Of a stretch of DNA of 64,000 nucleotides, positions 58,901 through 64,000 are shown piece by piece (position 1 is the first letter of the stretch; each line of letters opens with the position of its first letter). The stretch lies in NCBI GenBank assembly GCA_010909165.1, contig MU008155.1, forward strand, positions 2,046,001-2,110,000, read 5' to 3'. Made by a program: the position numbers and the translations under genes. The notes under the pieces were generated by a model. That model saw only the letters and a program-made list of their open reading frames with translations. It ran no database searches and was not told the origin of the DNA. Source of the stretch: Anthoceros angustus (lineage: Eukaryota > Plantae > Anthocerotophyta).

Positions 58901-59050
58901 ATTCTCAAGCTTTACCGATCTTGTCTCGAACAACTTTCTTGGCATAGGCGAGTCCACGATTATTGTCAATGGGTGATTCCGGATAGCATCTTCAAGTCTT
59001 TCCTCATCATCCGCACATGGACGCATATTCTCTGGTGGGACTCACGGTTT
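56000..59050 (-). pseudogene. Large fragmented accessory ORF, probably transposon-borne, with ParB/Srx-like N-terminal motifs
   Basis: A series of same-strand, protein-like ORF pieces (58739-59026, 58052-58450, 57346-57648, 56918-57109, 56477-56836). Contains VPPENMRPCADDEERLEDAIRNHPLTIIVD and, with one frameshift, YIMGVLG-GNHT. Confidence 0.45.
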
Positions 59051-61699
59051 CCTTCCTGGATTTCTTCTTTCTCTTCCCCGGTGGAGCCTCGCTATGAGCT
59101 GGTATGCCCTGCGGCGTGCCCACCATGCCTTGCTCTCCACTCGAGTCTCCCGCCTCTCGGATCGGCGGACACGAGGTGCCTCAATAGAAGCCTCGCCCCC
59201 ACGCTCGCCACCGTCTCTTCCAATTGCAAGGCGTGCAATCAGGCGCCGGCCGGCGCGCCCCCCTGTGTGCCTTGGGAACCCCAAACCGGTTGGTGCGGGT
59301 GTAACCAGTCTCGGCCTCTACTCGGGGAGGGCGGCGGCCGCGCCCCTCCTCCGAATCCCATCGGGTACCTCCATGGAGGAGCCGGAAAAGGAATGTCCAG
59401 CAGCATCCTTCCATCCTCTGCCTCACGAAAGTCGTCATCGTCAGTGGCCAAGGTCGGGTATACACCCATCCTCCTCATCGGATGGGCCGAGCTCACTAGG
59501 CGCACTGCGCTCGGCGTGAGCCATGCACATTCGCCGGTGGGCTCGACTCGTCGTTGTGACATTTCCCTCTATCTTTGGATGGCGGATTCGGTAATCTTCC
59601 ATATGGTATATGTCGTGCTCTAGCTTTGCGAGCATCCCGCAGAAAAGGATTGAGGAAACGCAAGATAGAAGGCACAAGTCATGGAAACCAACATACGATT
59701 TGCATCAAGCCTTGAAAACCTTATTCCAAAGTTTTACTTACGGTTGGGTGACGATAGCATTTAAAATCCTCCACAGTTTGAAGGATCGCACTTCTTGCTT
59801 TGGAAGCCATAGGTGACCTCATAAGCCTTGTACATGGTTTCATCTTCGCTTATCCGATCAAATACCAAAGGCTTTGTTGCACGCATCAAACCTCTCGTCC
59901 ATCCATATCCACGATCGCCCATAGAACCAGTGCTCTCTGGTTTGGCAAGGCCCCTTGAACCCTCGACCCACGGTTTCAATAGAGGAGTCCAAAATTGTTC
60001 TCCTCAAGGCTCCTCATCCTGTGTCAACATCCATCCTTCTCGGCGAGCAATGGCCTCCACCTTGCTCCCCAACCGTATGGTGTATCCTCATAGTTAAATG
60101 GCGTTGGAATAGGCGCGCGATTGCACTGGGGTCTCTTCCTCGGTCTCCTCCTGCACCTTCTCCTTCGTTGTCTTGGCCTTCCCGGATGTTAGGCTGCCCG
60201 ATTTCCCAATTGACAAATTACCTCCGTGGCTGGTGCTTGATGGCTGGGTTGTATCGCCCTCCACCGGAGGTAGGCGTGCCTTCTCGACATCCACACCGAA
60301 ATTCCGCCCGCATCCTTCTTCTTCCTGGCCGGGATTTCTTGGTTTTGGGCATCGGGTCGGATGTTCGCCTCACGGTTCTCCACGTTCCTTCCTACTTGTC
60401 TTCCGCCATCCTCAAGAGATTAGATACAATCGCCATAGGAAGCCGCAATTCAAAGAAGGAATCGTCCCACAACTTGAAGGAAATTTGCGAGCAGGAAGGG
60501 GAGGGCCATCTGAAGACTATGTGAATCGCGGCGAGAGGAAATGGCGGAGGATCGCGTGGAGAAGTCGCGTCTTTGGGAGGCAGCGCCAAAAGTCCTTCGC
60601 CGAGAGTTGATGCCGAGGCGGCCGCCGTTTCGGCTGGAAGAACTTGCTCTCTCGGTTACTCTCCACTTGAGAAAGTATGGCCCGTTGGTCACGTCATTGT
60701 GCACAGCAACCCTAACCATAAATGTCAATTAAAATGCTTACACGGAAAACCATTTATAGGACCCTAAGTCAAAAGCCGTACATATGAACCCCAATGCCGA
60801 GAAAACAATGAAGAGGCGGTGTGCCTCGCAGCCAAGTTCTACGGTGAAGATCTTTCGGTTTATTTGCTCATAATGGCATTTCCACCTTACCTTGATCCAC
60901 GGTCGCCTATGTCATGGCATACCACGCCTGTGAAGAGTGAGGACCATATTTCCGAGGTTAGAGGTGCGAGTCCTCGGCCGGCGACAATGTTGCGCCACCC
61001 ACACACATCGGTTGTCGAAGAGGTCGAGTTTTCGTCCACAAAGTTCATTCCTCACTTGCTTTGTGCGATCAAGGGGAACATGTACTTGAGAACAAGTGTT
61101 GGGTTTGCATCGGTCTCCGTCTCTCTCCATGTAATGACGACATTGATGTTGTCGCAGGGAGCGATGTGAGGAAGAGGGGTCTTTTGATTTCCGGATGGTA
61201 GGTGACTCTCTTGTGAGGAGGAAGGATGGGGATCTTGGGGGGCCCCGCCCTTCCGATCATGAACAGCAGCGAGTCCGAACTCCGGAAGGTTAGTTTGCCT
61301 TCAACAAGAAAGCAGCTTGTTTGCGGTGAAGACAATGTTGTGGCGAATAGTCCACCCCATCCGTGGCGATTCCATCTCACGCAAGTGGTATTGCGTAATG
61401 CTCGTCGCCATCGACAAGCGTCCTCTCCGGCATTCGCGTGGGGTGCCCATGACCCCGAACTTGAACTTATATCGCCATTGATGGGAATCGCATCCAGGTG
61501 AAGACACCGGGAAGGAAGGGAGATGGGGTGCAATCCCGTCGTGGTTTGTTCCGCCAAGGAGCGATGTCGAGGATGACCGCAGGGAGTTCTTCCACAAGCA
61601 AATGATCCGTGGATGGGGATGATGACTTTGTTCACCCTCCTCCGGCTGGTGCATCTGGAACATTCCATCCCAAGCCTTTAAGTGAGACATTGATGACAA

Positions 61700-63850
61700 C
61701 AAAGCTTTCGGCGGACAAGCGCGGCGACAGCGGTGTCTTTGCAAAAATGAAATGGAGAAGGTGACGAGACTTTCTTAAACCGTGTTGCAACCAAATGTGC
61801 ATGCAGAGGTTGACCAAGCAAGGCCTTGAGCAACGATATAGGTTCCTCACAATGTGCGAGCAAGAGAGACATTTCTTCAAAGCCTCGTACATCGGGACCC
61901 GAGTCAAACTAACAAAGAAAGAGTTTTACGCATGTTATGGGATCGGTTCCTCTGTATGCGTGAAGGCCTTGAGTATATTGTATGGGGCATGATCGAGGCG
62001 AAAGGGAGGGTCATGAGGAATGCCCGTGGGATAGTGTTCGAACCAACCCAATTCATAAGTCCGTCATGCACTTGGTGCTCTAGCGTGGATGGATAATGCT
62101 TTTCATTCATGGTGAAAGACTTCGTGCGTGTATAACGACACCTATACAAAGCTGGAGATATGGTCATTGTACAAACGGCGGTGTCAAAGCTCGTCTGCGG
62201 TTTGTGACGTGTGGTTTTGAAGTTATGGAAATCTAACTTGGTGAAGATTCCCAAATCCAACAGTTCTCGACTCAATATGTCTTGAGGTTAAAGACCACCA
62301 TTCGAATACAACTCGGAAGGTTGATCAAGGTAGATATCACTCTACCACTAGTACAACCCATCTCTGGTGGGAGGAGTTTTTCGAGTTCATCCCATAGTTC
62401 GCGAATGAGCGGTGGTATGCGGATGGTTCGAAACTGAGTGTCGGGGGTGGGCGCCGCGCCACCCGATGACTTCGAGTTGCCGAGTACCATGTTTGGTCCT
62501 TCATGTATGGCCCTGGTTGTAGGTTTGATTGGTCGAGTTTAGGGCGGGCCGGGCGCCCGCTGCCGGCGCCCATCCACCTTCAAACTCGCCAACCATAATA
62601 TATGACCTAGAAGGTGGACGTTTTGATTTTAGATTGGGGAAGATGGTAAATGTATGTGTGAAGAGGTGATAGTCCACGACATCGGTTTGTTGTATGCAAT
62701 GGGTTTCATGGATTCTGTCTTCGCTTGTGGTGTGGAAGAAGCGTGTTTGTATGTGTGAAATTGGGAACGTGAAAACTTGGAAGGATGTGACACTTGGACG
62801 TGTTTGGGCGTAGGCGAAAAAATATCAGCGTTAGAGGCACACCCGTCTGGCAGGAGGCGGGAAAAATGGCAAAACACCGTGAAAAGAGTTACTGAGGAAC
62901 CGGATAAGTACATGCTCCTCGCTATAGCGGAATGGACCAAGAAGACCGAGATTCCACACTTTCTGCGTTGGCCAAAGAATCTTGATGAGGAGCCGTGTAT
63001 CTGCGTAGTGGGTTGCATGATCCACAATTATACGTGCAGCAAGAGTGTTTTGCACTATGCCAATTTGAGGAACGATCACAATCGGATTATTATTCAAGAT
63101 GTTATTCTTAATTATAAAGTGCTACCCAAAGTGCTCTATTTGCAGCTTGACAACACTTGGAAAACAAGAACCAACCTTTGTGTTTGAACATGCTAGTTGA
63201 TATGGGAACTTTTCAAAAGGTGAAGGTTGGGTTCCTCCTTGTTGGGCACACTCACGACCAAATCGACCAAATGTTCTCTTGCTTTTCCAAAAGCTTGAAG
63301 CACAAGGAGGCACACACTCTTCCGCGTTGGACATCTTGGTTCATGCATACTACGGAGATCAAAGTTTTGCGGAGGTCCGGACTTAGGTCATATGTATGGT
63401 GATTAGACAAGGCGATGGTCGCCGGGCATATTCATCGGTGAGAAAATTGAACAACTTATCTTTCCAGCACGGTTTAAAATCACCGGAGAAGACAAACCGT
63501 GGTTGGTGGCGATGATAGAGCAAGCAATATTCGACATCGATGTATTGGGAAACCGGCCGGGTTGGAGTTTTGAAATTTGTCCCTCCAACGACATAATACG
63601 CCGGCTCGGCTCGAGACAAGAAAGGGACGTCGGCGGGGTTATCTCCGACGGAAGGAGTGGCACATTTGAGAGCGGTCAGCCGGGGCATATGTGGACGAGA
63701 ATATGGATGGTGGGAAGCATTTTGGGTGGACCAAGAAGAAATCGCAATAATCGTGGAGAACAACATTGGGCTCGCACTAGAAGTCGTGGAAATGGTTCTC
63801 TCGGCGGTCGGAAAGCAGAACCACTCCAAGTTCCGATGAAGCTATCCTAG
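61700..63850 (+). mobile_element. Degenerate DDD/E transposase of the DUF7869 / Sola-like type
   Basis: Across frameshifts: VCVKALSILYG, GMDQ.KT.IP, LPKVLYLQLDNT..ENKN, MLVDMGTFQKVKVGFLLVGHTHDQIDQMFSCFS. Confidence 0.7.
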
Positions 63851-64000
63851 GAGGCGTTGCTAAGAGAACTCCCCACGGATATGTACTTGGGGCCTTACCG
63901 GCGGTTGGGAAGCGGAAATGCACGTTGCATGGAGATGTAAAAGACATAAAGGAAGGATGTTCGCAGCGTACCTTGTACCGGTACGCATAATCGGCCTTTG

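Noticed and set aside
1-64000. tRNA, rRNA or snRNA genes
   Set aside because: No cloverleaf with A/B boxes and no rRNA or snRNA signature was seen. The tRNA-complementary stretches are retrotransposon PBSs.

Overview
Eukaryotic nuclear DNA from a plant with compact, short-intron genes. The PLS-type PPR relic and the transposon mix suggest a non-seed land plant, but this is weak inference. There are three zones. (1) 1-9100: nested transposons, with a decayed Copia holding a complete PIF/Harbinger (22-bp TIRs, TAA flanks) and a second Harbinger whose Myb/SANT gene carries an internal 253-bp inversion. (2) 9200-35600: seven spliced host genes (Tim44/mL45-like, TAF9, DUF3411/RETICULATA-family, GPI-type aspartic protease, SDR, carotenoid cleavage dioxygenase, BT1-like carrier), interspersed with a Copia relic, an RLE-type non-LTR fragment and a 9-bp-TSD Mutator-like element. 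(3) 35860-64000: mostly transposons, including a full-length short-LTR Copia with a 5-bp TSD, a hairpin tandem array, an RTEX-like LINE, two related Copia copies, a PPR relic and a chromovirus relic. This zone ends in a decayed DUF7869/Sola-like transposase facing away from a large accessory ORF with ParB/Srx-like motifs. No rRNA, tRNA or CRISPR array was found. Many small indels, including one in a host gene homopolymer, may be assembly errors. All homology calls are by motif recognition, without database searches.
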